Of a stretch of DNA of 64,000 nucleotides, positions 50,928 to 60,554 are shown piece after piece. The DNA lies in assembly GCA_965207455.1 (NCBI GenBank), contig CBDBMJ010000001.1, positions 1,696,001-1,760,000 on the forward strand, read 5' to 3'. This DNA comes from Bdellovibrionota bacterium. GTDB lineage: Bacteria > Bdellovibrionota > UBA1018 > CAIPTA01 > JAALKR01. The position numbers were made by a program, and so were the translations under genes. Position 1 is the first letter of the stretch. Each line of letters opens with the position of its first letter. Under the pieces are notes generated by a model. The model was given only the letters and a program-made list of their open reading frames with translations. It did not search any database and had not been told where the DNA came from.

Positions 50928-50995
50928 GTTTTCTTTTTTTTGCGACGGAATTCAGGAACACACCTGATTCATAACCTTACTGATTGGATTCCCAA
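50928..50995. repeat. Recurring intergenic site, copy A
   Basis: GTTTTC(T/C)T-run-GCGACGGAATTCAGGAACACACCTGATTCATAACCTTA...ATTGGATTCCCAA; related copies at 52977, 54562 and 62287. Confidence 0.9.
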
Positions 50996-51041
50996 CGTTA
51001 GGCGAGAAAGCTCACCCCTTTGAATAAAGGTATTCGATTTT

Positions 51042-52508
51042 TCAGAAAAGACCGACCTTCTTTAAGTTTTCCAATCCTTTTACTGCATCTTCATATCCCT
51101 GCTCTGCTGCTTTTTTATACCAAGAAATTGCTTTCTTATAATTTCCAGAAGTGCCCTCTCCGGTATAATGCATAACGCCTGCATTAAACTGAGCTCGTGC
51201 ATGTCCTTGATCTGCTGATTTCTCAAACCAATAAAGTGCTTTTTTATCGTCTTTTGAAGTACCCTTTCCAGCATGATACATGGTTGCCAAATTAGATTGA
51301 GCTTCTGCATGTCCTTGATCTGCTGATTTCTTGTACCAAGGGAGTGCTTTTTTAGCATTTTTAGAAACTCCCTTTCCCTCAATATACATCGTTCCTAAAT
51401 TATATTGAGAGTTTGCATTTCCTTGTTCTGCTGCTTTCTCATGCCAAGAGAAAGCTTTTTTAACATCTTTGGGAACACCATTTCCTGCATAGTACATAAC
51501 TCCCAAGCTGAACTGAGCCTGTGCATCTCTTTGTTTTGCTGCTTTCTCAAACCAATAAAACGCTTTTTTAGCATCTTGAGAAACGCCATATCCAGCATAA
51601 TACATGAGTCCCACATTAGTTTGGGCTTTCACATGTCCCTGTTTTGCTGCTTTCTCCTGCCAATAAAATGCTTTTTTATTATCTTCAGGACGCAATCTTC
51701 CAGCATAATAAGTAATTCCTGAATTGTATTGAGCTCCTGCATGTCCTTGTTCTGCTGCTTTCTTATACCAATAAAATGCTTTTTCAGTATCTTTAGGAAC
51801 TCCCCTTCCCTCGTCATATATAAATCCTAAATTAAACTGAGATCCCACATGTCCTTGTTCTGCTGCTTTTTTACACCAATAAAATGCTTTCTTATAATTT
51901 TCAGGAGTTCCATCCCCAAAATTATACATAACTTCTAAATTGTATTGAGCTTCTGTATGCCCTTGTTTTGCTGCTTTTTCAAACCAAGGAAGTGCTTTCT
52001 TATAATTTTTAGAAACTCCATCTCCTGTATAATACATAATTCCTAAATTGTATTGAGCCTGTGCATCTCCTTGTTTTGCTGCTTTCTTATACCAATGAAA
52101 TGCTTTTTTAGCATCTTGAGAAGTGCCCGCCCCCTCGTCATACATAATTCCCAGATTATGTTGGGATTTTGTATGCCCTTGTTCTGCCGCCTTCTTATAC
52201 CAATGAAGTGCTTTTTTATCGTCTTTAAAAGTTCCATCTCCGGTATGACACATAACTCCCAGATTAAATTGGGCTTCTGTATGTCCTTGTTCTGCTGCCT
52301 TCTCATACCAATACAGTGCTTTTCTACTATCTCGAGAAACCTCCAATCCGTCGCTGTAGATAAAACCCAAGCGATACTGCGCTTCAGCCTCTCCTTGTTC
52401 TGCTCTTCTTTCATAGCTACTTATGAATTCCATATAATTAGCATTGAATTTAATACCATGAATGAACTTAGCCAATGATGACAAAGAGGACTCAATTTTA
52501 TTCCTCAT
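51042..52508 (-). CDS. Sel1-like repeat protein (12 repeats)
   Basis: 36 aa AQxNLGxxYxxGxGxxxDxKKAxxWxxKAAxQG repeats. Confidence 0.93.
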   Translation of the reverse strand: MRNKIESSLSSLAKFIHGIKFNANYMEFISSYERRAEQGEAEAQYRLGFIYSDGLEVSRDSRKALYWYEKAAEQGHTEAQFNLGVMCHTGDGTFKDDKKALHWYKKAAEQGHTKSQHNLGIMYDEGAGTSQDAKKAFHWYKKAAKQGDAQAQYNLGIMYYTGDGVSKNYKKALPWFEKAAKQGHTEAQYNLEVMYNFGDGTPENYKKAFYWCKKAAEQGHVGSQFNLGFIYDEGRGVPKDTEKAFYWYKKAAEQGHAGAQYNSGITYYAGRLRPEDNKKAFYWQEKAAKQGHVKAQTNVGLMYYAGYGVSQDAKKAFYWFEKAAKQRDAQAQFSLGVMYYAGNGVPKDVKKAFSWHEKAAEQGNANSQYNLGTMYIEGKGVSKNAKKALPWYKKSADQGHAEAQSNLATMYHAGKGTSKDDKKALYWFEKSADQGHARAQFNAGVMHYTGEGTSGNYKKAISWYKKAAEQGYEDAVKGLENLKKVGLF

Positions 52509-52806
52509 TTAAAGCTGCCTTCTTTATTTTTCTCAATGATATTAGTGCATCTTCATCTCCTTGTTTTGCCGCCTTCTCAAACCAAAAAAATGCCTTTTCT
52601 ATATCTTTGGGAACACCTTTTTCAGCATCTTTATGGACTCCTACTCCTTCTTGATAAATAACTCCCATGCGATATTGGGCATATTTCTCTCCTTGTTCCG
52701 CTTCTTCTTCATAGCTACTTACAGATCTTATGGGAGGGTCATTAACTTTAACGTGAGGAATAAAGCTAGATAACGACAACCAAGATGATTCAACTTCATT
52801 TTCCAT
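52498..52806 (-). CDS. Short Sel1 protein (repeat-deleted paralog)
   Basis: Family N-terminus MENEVESSWLSL, one repeat, family C-terminus. Confidence 0.75.
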   Translation of the reverse strand: MENEVESSWLSLSSFIPHVKVNDPPIRSVSSYEEEAEQGEKYAQYRMGVIYQEGVGVHKDAEKGVPKDIEKAFFWFEKAAKQGDEDALISLRKIKKAALNEE

Positions 52807-52976
52807 TTCAAACTACCTCCTTTAAAAATCAAACGCACTCATATAATTTAATATATCACTCATTAGTATTTCACAACCCTCTGTTCGCATTTTCATCCAT
52901 AATTGGCATGACTAAGCGATTCCATTGCATTATAACTACCAAGGGAATTTGACGGGCGCATTGCGCCGAGGTAAAC

Positions 52977-53047
52977 GTTTTCCTTTTTTTTGCGACGAAG
53001 TTCAGGAACACACCTGTGATTCATAACCTTAATTATTGGATTCCCAA
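52977..53047. repeat. Recurring intergenic site, copy B
   Basis: GTTTTCC-T-run-GCGACGAAGTTCAGGAACACACCTGTGATTCATAACCTTAATTATTGGATTCCCAA. Confidence 0.9.
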
Positions 53048-53059
53048 TCTCTCTCTATT

Positions 53060-53335
53060 TTAAGGGGCGTCTTTCTTTGTGTTTCTCAATGTTCTTACTG
53101 CATCTTCATGTCCTTGTTCTGCTGCCTTCTCATACCAGTAAAGTTCTTTTTCATCATCTGTAAAAGCCTCAGCTCCTTCGCTATAGATACGGCCTAGGCG
53201 ATACTGTGCTTCAACCTCTCCTTGCTCTGCCTTTCTTTCACAGCTATTTATGAATTCCATGTACTTGGCATTGAATTCAGCACCAGAAGGGAGTTTAAAC
53301 AATGACAACCAAGTTGACTCAAATTTATCTTTCAT
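53060..53335 (-). CDS. Short Sel1 protein (repeat-deleted paralog)
   Basis: MKDKFESTWLSL...YMEFINSCERKAEQGE, one repeat, EDAVRTLR terminus. Confidence 0.75.
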   Translation of the reverse strand: MKDKFESTWLSLFKLPSGAEFNAKYMEFINSCERKAEQGEVEAQYRLGRIYSEGAEAFTDDEKELYWYEKAAEQGHEDAVRTLRNTKKDAP

Positions 53336-53466
53336 TTCAAGCTACCTCCCTTACAAATGAAACGTGCCAAAAGACATCTTCTAACCCCATTTTTATACTG
53401 TAAAACACAACAATTCAATACCCTATCTTTCAACATTTTGCAACCATTTGTTCATATTTCGACCTC

Positions 53467-54354
53467 TTATTTCCTGAGGGCATGAATCACATCCTCGATT
53501 TCCTCTACTCGTACTGCGCCTGCTTTCTCGTATTTTTTAGGCCAGGAGATTGAGGGTTCTTCAAAGCATGAATTTAAAATAAATAATTTTCTTCCCTGCT
53601 GTGTGGCTGCACGGGCCTGAATTAGTGCGCCACTGGTATCGGAGGCTTCAATTATTACAGTGCCTTGAGATATTGCAGACATGGTTGCATTTCTTCTGGG
53701 GAAATTATTCTTTCTCTTTTGAAAAGGTTCATAGCTGTATTTATAAAAAGGAACTTGGCTTATTAGTAGGTGTTCTCTTGATATTAAATTCTGCAAATCT
53801 TTGTTCTCCTTTGGGTAATATTTATTAATGGGAGTTCCAATGACTCCAATGACCTTTCCGCCTTCTGCAATGGCTGTTTCTAGGGCTATGGTATCCACTC
53901 CAGCAGCCAGCCCGGACACAATGGTATATCCATTTTCTACCAGCAGTTTTGTTAATCGTTTTGTTCTTAGCTTTCCTTTATGGCTGCATTTTCTAGACCC
54001 GATGATAGAAACGCAATTATTTTCAAGCAAGTCTATCTCGCCCTTGTAATAGAATAGTTCAGTGGGGTGCTGGGCTTCTCTTAATTTTTTTGGATATTGG
54101 TGGTCGCCGTTGATAGAAATGGAAAAATTATCTTTAAGGCTATTGAGATAATGGGTAACTCTTAATTTCAGTTCCGAATCTATAAAGCCCATCTTGTCTC
54201 TTAGTATTTCAGATGGCCGTGCAGTACCTTTAAAAAGTTTCGACAATTTTCCATCCGTCATGCCCTCTATAGCCCAAAGGGTTTCAAAAGCAATCATTTC
54301 ATCTCTTGGTGAAGCCACATTTTCGAAAATATTATCTGTCTCGCTTTCAATCAT
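53467..54354 (-). CDS. DprA/Smf-like protein (ShosA antitoxin-like)
   Basis: YPKKL, IIGSR, IVSGLAAGVDT, VIGTPINKYYPKEN, FPRRNATMS, IEASDTSGALIQA; short form in an island context. Confidence 0.85.
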   Translation of the reverse strand: MIESETDNIFENVASPRDEMIAFETLWAIEGMTDGKLSKLFKGTARPSEILRDKMGFIDSELKLRVTHYLNSLKDNFSISINGDHQYPKKLREAQHPTELFYYKGEIDLLENNCVSIIGSRKCSHKGKLRTKRLTKLLVENGYTIVSGLAAGVDTIALETAIAEGGKVIGVIGTPINKYYPKENKDLQNLISREHLLISQVPFYKYSYEPFQKRKNNFPRRNATMSAISQGTVIIEASDTSGALIQARAATQQGRKLFILNSCFEEPSISWPKKYEKAGAVRVEEIEDVIHALRK

Positions 54355-54393
54355 TATATTTCTCTAACTACTGGACTTTGCCGATGTAAATTT

Positions 54394-54459
54394 CTAACAT
54401 TTTGAGCAATCACTATTCTTTGCTTTCTTCTTAGTTCCTGCTGCACCTCTTTTTGCCAT
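54394..54459 (-). pseudogene. Truncated copy of the small basic peptide gene
   Basis: MAKRGAAGTKKKAKNSDCSKC*, with the same start as 57263 and an internal deletion. Confidence 0.75.
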
Positions 54460-54561
54460 AACCCCCTTTCCCTTCTATCTAGTTATTGTAAAATAAAATA
54501 TAAGCACTGACAATGCAAGCCCGATAATGCTTGCTGATCACAGAGGATCATGGCAACAGAT

Positions 54562-54600
54562 TTCAAGGAGCACACCAATGATTCATAACATTAATTATTG
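54562..54600. repeat. Recurring intergenic site, degenerate copy C
   Basis: TTCAAGGAGCACACCAATGATTCATAACATTAATTATTG aligns with the right half of copies A and B. Confidence 0.7.
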
Positions 54601-54605
54601 AACTA

Positions 54606-55388
54606 CTAGCGCAAGCCCCTCAATGTTCTTACTGCTTCTTCATGTCCCTGATCTGCTGCTTTCTTGCACCAAAAAAGTGCCTTTTTAGTATCTCTAGAAA
54701 CTCCCTCTCCAAGAAAATACATAAATCCAAGGCTGTATTGAGCCTTTGCATATCCTTGTTTTGCTGCTTTCCTATACCAAGAGATTGCTTTCTTATAATT
54801 TTTAGAGGTGCCCTCTCCTGTACAGTACATACTCCCTATATTAAATTGAGCTCCCGGATGTTCTTGTTTTGCTGCTTTTTCAAACCAAAAAACTGCCTTT
54901 TTAAAATCTTTAGAAGTTCCCTCCCCCATACAATACATACGTCCCAGAGTGTTTTGAGCATCTGCACTCCCTTGTTCTGCTGATTTTTCACACCAATAGA
55001 ACGACTTCTTATTATTTTTAGAAGTCCCCTCTCCGGCATAATACATAAATCCTAAATTAAATTGAGATTCTCCATTCCCTTGTTCTGCTGATTTTTTATA
55101 CCAACAGAGCGCTTTCTTATAATTTTTAGGAGTGCCCTCACCGGCATAATACATAGATCCCATATTGAATTGAGCTCCTGCATGTCCTTTTTTCGCTGCC
55201 GCCGCACTCAAAAAAAATGCTTTCTTATAATCTTTAGTAATGCCATCACCAACATAGCACATGCACGCCAAGGTGTATTGATCGTCTATTTCCTCTTGTT
55301 CCAATTTTTTTATAGAATCCATATCATCGGCATTGGATTTAGTTTTTGGAAAAAGTTCTACTACGTTCGATTCAGACTTATCTTTCAT
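54606..55388 (-). CDS. Sel1-like repeat protein (6 repeats)
   Basis: Sel1 consensus repeats; MKDKSES N-terminus. Confidence 0.92.
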   Translation of the reverse strand: MKDKSESNVVELFPKTKSNADDMDSIKKLEQEEIDDQYTLACMCYVGDGITKDYKKAFFLSAAAAKKGHAGAQFNMGSMYYAGEGTPKNYKKALCWYKKSAEQGNGESQFNLGFMYYAGEGTSKNNKKSFYWCEKSAEQGSADAQNTLGRMYCMGEGTSKDFKKAVFWFEKAAKQEHPGAQFNIGSMYCTGEGTSKNYKKAISWYRKAAKQGYAKAQYSLGFMYFLGEGVSRDTKKALFWCKKAADQGHEEAVRTLRGLR

Positions 55389-55542
55389 TTCAAGCCACCT
55401 TCCTTACAAACGAAATACGCCAAAAGACCTCTTCTAACTGCCCATTTTTGCTATAAAATACAATAATTTAATACACTATCTTCCAGCATTTTGCAACCCT
55501 TCACTCATAATTTCACCCCCTTATTCCCAATCTTCCTTTATT

Positions 55543-56814
55543 TTAAGGAAACTGTTTCTTTATGTCTCTCAATGCTCTTATTGCATATTTATGTCCGCAA
55601 TCTGCTGCTTTTTTATACCAATAAAATGCTTTCTGATAATTTTTAGAAGTGCCCATTCCAATATCATACATAATGCCTACCTGAAATTGAGCCTCTGCAT
55701 GCTCTTGTTCTGCTGCTTTCTCGTACCAGAAAAATGCTTTTTCAGCATCCTTAGCAACTCCTTCTCCGGCATGATACATAGATCCTACATTAAATTGAGA
55801 AACCGCATATCCTTGTTTTGCTGCTTTCTTATACCAAGAAAACGATTTTTTAGCATCTTTAGAAACTCCCCTTCCCACATCATACATAACTCCTAAGTTA
55901 TGCTGAGCTATTCTATGTCCTTGTTCTGCTGCTTTCTTCTGCCAATAAAATGCTTTTTTATCGTCTCTAAAAGCACTTTCTTTCTCAGCATACATAATTC
56001 CTAAATTGTACTGAACTTCTTCAGACCCTTGCTTTGCTGCTTTCTCATGCCAATAAAATGCCTTTTTATCGTCTTGCAGGACGCCTTTTCCAGCATAGTA
56101 CATAAGTCCTAAGTTAAATTGAGCTTTTTCATGCTCTTGTTCTGCTGCTTTCTTCTGCCAATAAAATGCTTTTTCATCATCTCTAAAAACCCTCTCTCCC
56201 TCATTATACATAATTCCTAAACTGTATTGAGCTTCTGCATACCCTTGTTCGGCTGCTTTCTTCTGCCAATAAAATGCTTTTTTATCATCCCTAAAAACAC
56301 CCTCTCCCTCACCATGCATAACTCCTAAACTGTATTGAGCTTCTGCATGTTCTTGTTCGGCTGCTTTCTCATACCAATAAAATGCTTTTTTATCGTCTTT
56401 CAAGCCCCTTTCTTTATCGTCTTTCAGGACCCTTTCTTGATCATAATACATAGATCCTAAATTAAATTGGGCCTGTACATCTTCTTGTTTTGCTGCCTTC
56501 TTATACCAAGAGATTGCTTTTCTATCATCTTGAGAAACTCCTTCTCCCAGACTATACATAATTCCTAAGTTATACTGAGCTTTTTTGTGTCCTTGTTCTG
56601 CCGCTTTCTCACACCAATAAAATGCTTTTTTATTATTTTTGGAAATGCCCAATCCTCTGTTATAGATAAAACCCAAGTAGTACTGTGCATTCACCTCTCC
56701 TCGCTTTGCCTTTCTTTCATAGCTACCTATAAATTCAATATAGCGAGGCTTGAGTTCAATGTCCGGAATAATCTTCGCCAATGGGGGTCCAGGCAACTCA
56801 ATTTCATTTTTCAT
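55543..56814 (-). CDS. Sel1-like repeat protein (10 repeats)
   Basis: Sel1 consensus repeats; GGAGG RBS. Confidence 0.93.
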   Translation of the reverse strand: MKNEIELPGPPLAKIIPDIELKPRYIEFIGSYERKAKRGEVNAQYYLGFIYNRGLGISKNNKKAFYWCEKAAEQGHKKAQYNLGIMYSLGEGVSQDDRKAISWYKKAAKQEDVQAQFNLGSMYYDQERVLKDDKERGLKDDKKAFYWYEKAAEQEHAEAQYSLGVMHGEGEGVFRDDKKAFYWQKKAAEQGYAEAQYSLGIMYNEGERVFRDDEKAFYWQKKAAEQEHEKAQFNLGLMYYAGKGVLQDDKKAFYWHEKAAKQGSEEVQYNLGIMYAEKESAFRDDKKAFYWQKKAAEQGHRIAQHNLGVMYDVGRGVSKDAKKSFSWYKKAAKQGYAVSQFNVGSMYHAGEGVAKDAEKAFFWYEKAAEQEHAEAQFQVGIMYDIGMGTSKNYQKAFYWYKKAADCGHKYAIRALRDIKKQFP

Positions 56815-57071
56815 TTCAAACTCTACCTCCCTTAAAAATCAAACGCACCCACGCGTCGAAAAGTACTTCCTAATCACCCATTTTCATTATGAAACATGAC
56901 AATTTAATACATTATCTTTCAACATTCTGCAACCCATTATTCCTATTTTGATCTCTTCTACTCGTACCGCACTTTTATAGCTTCTAGCACCTCATTGAAA
57001 TCACTGTCTTTTATCCCATAGCTTCCATCAGAGTACATGCCTTTTCTTCTAGGTAATCTTCTGAAAGCCGA

Positions 57072-57263
57072 CTAGCCGCCGTTTTTAAATCTTATGGCTC
57101 TTCTTGATGCAATAGAAATAGAAAAAGGAACGGTAAGCTTAATATTTGACCAGTCACTATTCTTTGCTTTCTTCTTGGCGACCAATGGAGCAGGTTTCTG
57201 CTTACTCCCAGTTCCTGCTGTGGAAATCCTTTTTTTCGTTCCTGCCGCACCTCTTTTTGCCAT
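57072..57263 (-). CDS. Small Lys/Ala-rich basic protein
   Basis: AGGAGT RBS; paralog of 61705-61869 with conserved DWS..KLTVP.SI..ASRRAIRFKNG. Confidence 0.75.
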   Translation of the reverse strand: MAKRGAAGTKKRISTAGTGSKQKPAPLVAKKKAKNSDWSNIKLTVPFSISIASRRAIRFKNGG

Positions 57264-57303
57264 AACACTCCTTCTTTTTTAAGTTAAACCCATATCACCA
57301 CAA

Positions 57304-59097
57304 TTAAAAAACAGGGCAATTAAAAAGTCTCCCTTCATCTCCTTCGTCTGTCAGTTTTCGAATCACTTCTGTTTCAGGAAAGTGAATTTTCTTGCCATCT
57401 CTGTCTAAGGGAAGATCGGAGTCAATGGCAGTTAAAATGTATTGTATGCCGTAGTTTTCTGAATACTCTCTAATAGATTTAAGCAGAGCTATCTTTTTTC
57501 TATCATCTAAGCCTTCCAGCACCCCATCATGGTATATAAAATGATAAAAATTTGATTTGCTATAATATTTCTGTACTGCCATATCGAAGAATACACACAA
57601 CAGTTTCTTATAGCTTGTCCCATCACCTTCTGATGTTGAGGACGTTGGATCTTCTTGTTTTGTGTAGTCGGCATGAAAATCAAAATTGTTCTGCTTATTA
57701 ATGTTAACATAAACCAGCCCGCTAACTTCTAAAACTGCGTTAATCAGAGAATTAAAACTTGAACGAATCTTTGTGAACGTTGGATTATCCTTGCTGTTTT
57801 CTTCCCGAACATCTTTAACCTTCTTGTCAAGATCTTTTTTTGCTATATCTAATTCTGCCAACCTATCGTCTATTTTCTTGAAGTTTTCCAAGTCTTTTTC
57901 TAAGTGAATCAATTTTTCTTTTGCAAAAACCAACTCGCCCTGCATTTTTTTGTATTTTTTAAAAGAATCTTTTTCTCTAAGAACATCGAGTTTTTTAATT
58001 TTTTCTTGATTAAACTTCTCTAACTGTTCCTTGAGCGTATCAAGTTTTTTGTTAATTCTGCTTTTTTCTTTTTTAAGCCTTTCTCTTCTGTCTTTTGTTA
58101 GCCTGTTGTTAAAGTTCTCTAAATCTTTATATTCTTTAACCAAAGGCTCTTTAAAGTGAAGGTTGGCTTCATTAAATATTTTCTGAACATTACCTATTTT
58201 AAAAAATATTTCAGCTTTCAAAGATTTTGATATTTCGCCAAGGTCATGATTTAAATTATATATTTCGTTATTTATATAAGATATGTTAGCTTCAATTTCC
58301 GGAAGTTCCTTTTCACCAAGGTCTAAATCCTTTTCTTTGAAGTCAAAGGCGTCCAGCTTTTTTTCTAGTTCAAGAACTGCTTGTCTCTTAACCTCTGTCC
58401 TTGCTCTAATCTTGTCGAAACTCTCTCCCGACAATGTCAGTTCTTTTCTAATAGTTACGAGCTCTGTTTCTTTTTCTTTTACCAGCTTGTCGCAGTTATA
58501 TTTATTTTCAATGACTTCGGATGAAAACCCCAGTATTTTCCCAACATAAGGCTTCCAATCAACGCCTTTACTGGCAGAAAATTTGCTAATATGGAAGACG
58601 TTATTAAAATCTTTCTGGCTTCTTAAAAAATATGTTATACCCTTTCGATAGTTATATGGTTTTATAACAGATAAACCTATCAAACCATCGAGGAAATCCA
58701 TTGCCTTTTCATGCGGAAGCTCATACTGATTCCAGTCTTTCTCGCTAAGATGGCAATAATTTTGCTGAGGCTCGCCATGCTCCTTAAAGGAAATTTTAGT
58801 ATTATTTTTAATGCTTCTTTTTATGGTCACAAAGGAGTTCTTGGGCAACTCAAGCTCCAAGTAAAACTCAATATCCTGTAATTCATCTGGGAGCTTCTTT
58901 GTAAAATTTTCTTTGCTCACTCTTTTCAATAGGCAGTAGTCGATTACATCGATCAAAAGGCTTTTACCTAGGTTATGAGAGTCCATGTCAGTTGCATTAA
59001 GGTTCGTTGATTTGCCCAAAATAATATTAAGGCCGTGGTTGAAGGCAATCGGCTTAAAGTAGTTATCAAGGTTAGTATATAGTCTTTTTAGTCTCAT
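57304..59097 (-). CDS. Lamassu/ABC-3C SMC-like ATPase (DUF2326, LmuB-like)
   Basis: Walker A HNLGKS, YFLRSQ, long coiled coil, SEGDGTSYKK, FIYHDGVLEGLD. Confidence 0.88.
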   Translation of the reverse strand: MRLKRLYTNLDNYFKPIAFNHGLNIILGKSTNLNATDMDSHNLGKSLLIDVIDYCLLKRVSKENFTKKLPDELQDIEFYLELELPKNSFVTIKRSIKNNTKISFKEHGEPQQNYCHLSEKDWNQYELPHEKAMDFLDGLIGLSVIKPYNYRKGITYFLRSQKDFNNVFHISKFSASKGVDWKPYVGKILGFSSEVIENKYNCDKLVKEKETELVTIRKELTLSGESFDKIRARTEVKRQAVLELEKKLDAFDFKEKDLDLGEKELPEIEANISYINNEIYNLNHDLGEISKSLKAEIFFKIGNVQKIFNEANLHFKEPLVKEYKDLENFNNRLTKDRRERLKKEKSRINKKLDTLKEQLEKFNQEKIKKLDVLREKDSFKKYKKMQGELVFAKEKLIHLEKDLENFKKIDDRLAELDIAKKDLDKKVKDVREENSKDNPTFTKIRSSFNSLINAVLEVSGLVYVNINKQNNFDFHADYTKQEDPTSSTSEGDGTSYKKLLCVFFDMAVQKYYSKSNFYHFIYHDGVLEGLDDRKKIALLKSIREYSENYGIQYILTAIDSDLPLDRDGKKIHFPETEVIRKLTDEGDEGRLFNCPVF

Positions 59098-59107
59098 TGC
59101 TTGCTCA

Positions 59108-59359
59108 TTACTTAATCAAAAAAAAGGTGTCGTTTTTATCCAAATAATCAATCTTTCCAAGTCCGTACAACATCGTAAGAGCTGCTAAAAAAACATCGTC
59201 CATATTTTGTCCTATTTTGTCTTCAATGAAGTCTCGAAGTATTGGCAGCTTAACGATCTTGTTTCTAAACATATACTTTAGGGTCAATCCAGATACATAA
59301 AGCACAGACTTATCTAAATCCATATATTTTTTAGGTAGAATCATTGTTGCATTTTCCAC
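59108..59359 (-). CDS. Lamassu/ABC-3C middle component (LmuC-like)
   Basis: 83 aa, MILPKKYMDLDKSVLY...FLAALTMLYGLGKIDY; lies between the effector and the ATPase. Confidence 0.8.
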   Translation of the reverse strand: MENATMILPKKYMDLDKSVLYVSGLTLKYMFRNKIVKLPILRDFIEDKIGQNMDDVFLAALTMLYGLGKIDYLDKNDTFFLIK

Positions 59360-59370
59360 TTTGTTTTCCT

Positions 59371-60312
59371 TTATTCCTTTTTTCCGATATCACAATTAAA
59401 ATATATAAAGTGAATGAAAACCTTTAATAGCCGCTTGGCCACACCTTTTTGTTGAAGCTTGGAATAGGATTCTTGGTAAATCGTCTCCAACACATCATCA
59501 AACGTATTAAAGTCACCTCTTCTGTTAATTATCATCCCCTTAAAATCGAGCGCGGTATCACTATAGAGAATCTCTGACCTGCCGTGCTTCGGATCCTTCA
59601 GAAAATCCATAATGCGCTGAAAGTGCTTTTCAGAATCTTCTTTAATGTATTTGCAGTACTCATCAGAAAGACCATTGATTTCATTCTTCTTGTCGATATT
59701 AACATAAAGAAAGTCCTTTTTGTTTTTCCCTTTATCTTCAGGGCTTTTTACGGGTATAAAATCTCTAAATTTAGAAATAACCCTTTCAAGATCTTCGGGG
59801 AACACGTTCAATGGGGTGCGTGGTTGATCGAAGCCAAACTCTTCATGAAGTTCTCTGTGAGAATCTAAATGTAAATGCAGCTTTTCCATTCCCCAAATTG
59901 TTACCGATGAAAGGCTGGGAACTGCAGATTGAATTTTATCTTTTATTTTCTTCTCATGCCCCGCCGAAAGCGTTCTGTTTGTTAAAATAAAATAATGCTC
60001 AAGCTCATCACTGTCTACGAGCCTTTTTATCTTACTTATTTCTTTATCCAGAATGGTCTTAAAAAATTGTCCCTCAGAGCAAGACGCGTTTGCCCTGGCA
60101 GTGTACTTTGCTTGCATAACAAACTTGCCTGAAAGTGGAGCGGCACTCGAGGGCAGATCCTTAGCGGTCCCGTTGAAAATTCCATCTCTACCGCCATCTT
60201 TCCCAGAAGCGAAGTTTACAAACCCCTCACCAAGAACATTTACGCAAATTCTTGAGCACAATTTTTCAAAGCTCGAGTAATCAAGCTCATATATCCTATA
60301 GTTTCTTTTCAT
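59371..60312 (-). CDS. Lamassu/ABC-3C effector with an Mrr-like nuclease domain (LmuA-like)
   Basis: SSFEKLC...GKDGGRDG...VMQAKY nuclease motif; C-terminal KKNEINGLS...FIYFNCDIG domain; start ATG 60312. Confidence 0.85.
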   Translation of the reverse strand: MKRNYRIYELDYSSFEKLCSRICVNVLGEGFVNFASGKDGGRDGIFNGTAKDLPSSAAPLSGKFVMQAKYTARANASCSEGQFFKTILDKEISKIKRLVDSDELEHYFILTNRTLSAGHEKKIKDKIQSAVPSLSSVTIWGMEKLHLHLDSHRELHEEFGFDQPRTPLNVFPEDLERVISKFRDFIPVKSPEDKGKNKKDFLYVNIDKKNEINGLSDEYCKYIKEDSEKHFQRIMDFLKDPKHGRSEILYSDTALDFKGMIINRRGDFNTFDDVLETIYQESYSKLQQKGVAKRLLKVFIHFIYFNCDIGKKE

Positions 60313-60554
60313 GCTCACCTTACATTCGGCTTTTTGTACACCGACCGCCCACACCTGCGCGTTAATTTTCCTCTTTCAAAAATGACAATTGATTAGGCTT
60401 ACCGCACTTTTATGAAAAATCCAAGTTAAATATCACACTTCCCAGCCTTGACTTCCCTGGCTACCTGGTGCGGCAAATTCTTGCGGAGCAGGGGAATCCG
60501 AGGGAACGGAGTGTCGGACGATGGGGTACTCTGGGGAGTGGTGATAGTTTTGGT

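Noticed and set aside
50968..51004. GCCTAAC...GTTATGA on the minus strand, like integron attC core sites
   Set aside because: Only ~35 bp, lacks a paired L box, is not present in the other repeat copies, and no integron integrase is seen.
51080..56835. Repetitive alternative-frame and antisense ORFs over the Sel1 genes
   Set aside because: They are shadows of the 108-bp Sel1 periodicity. Antisense ORFs over pur, pepA and the Ig-repeat genes were dismissed for the same reason.
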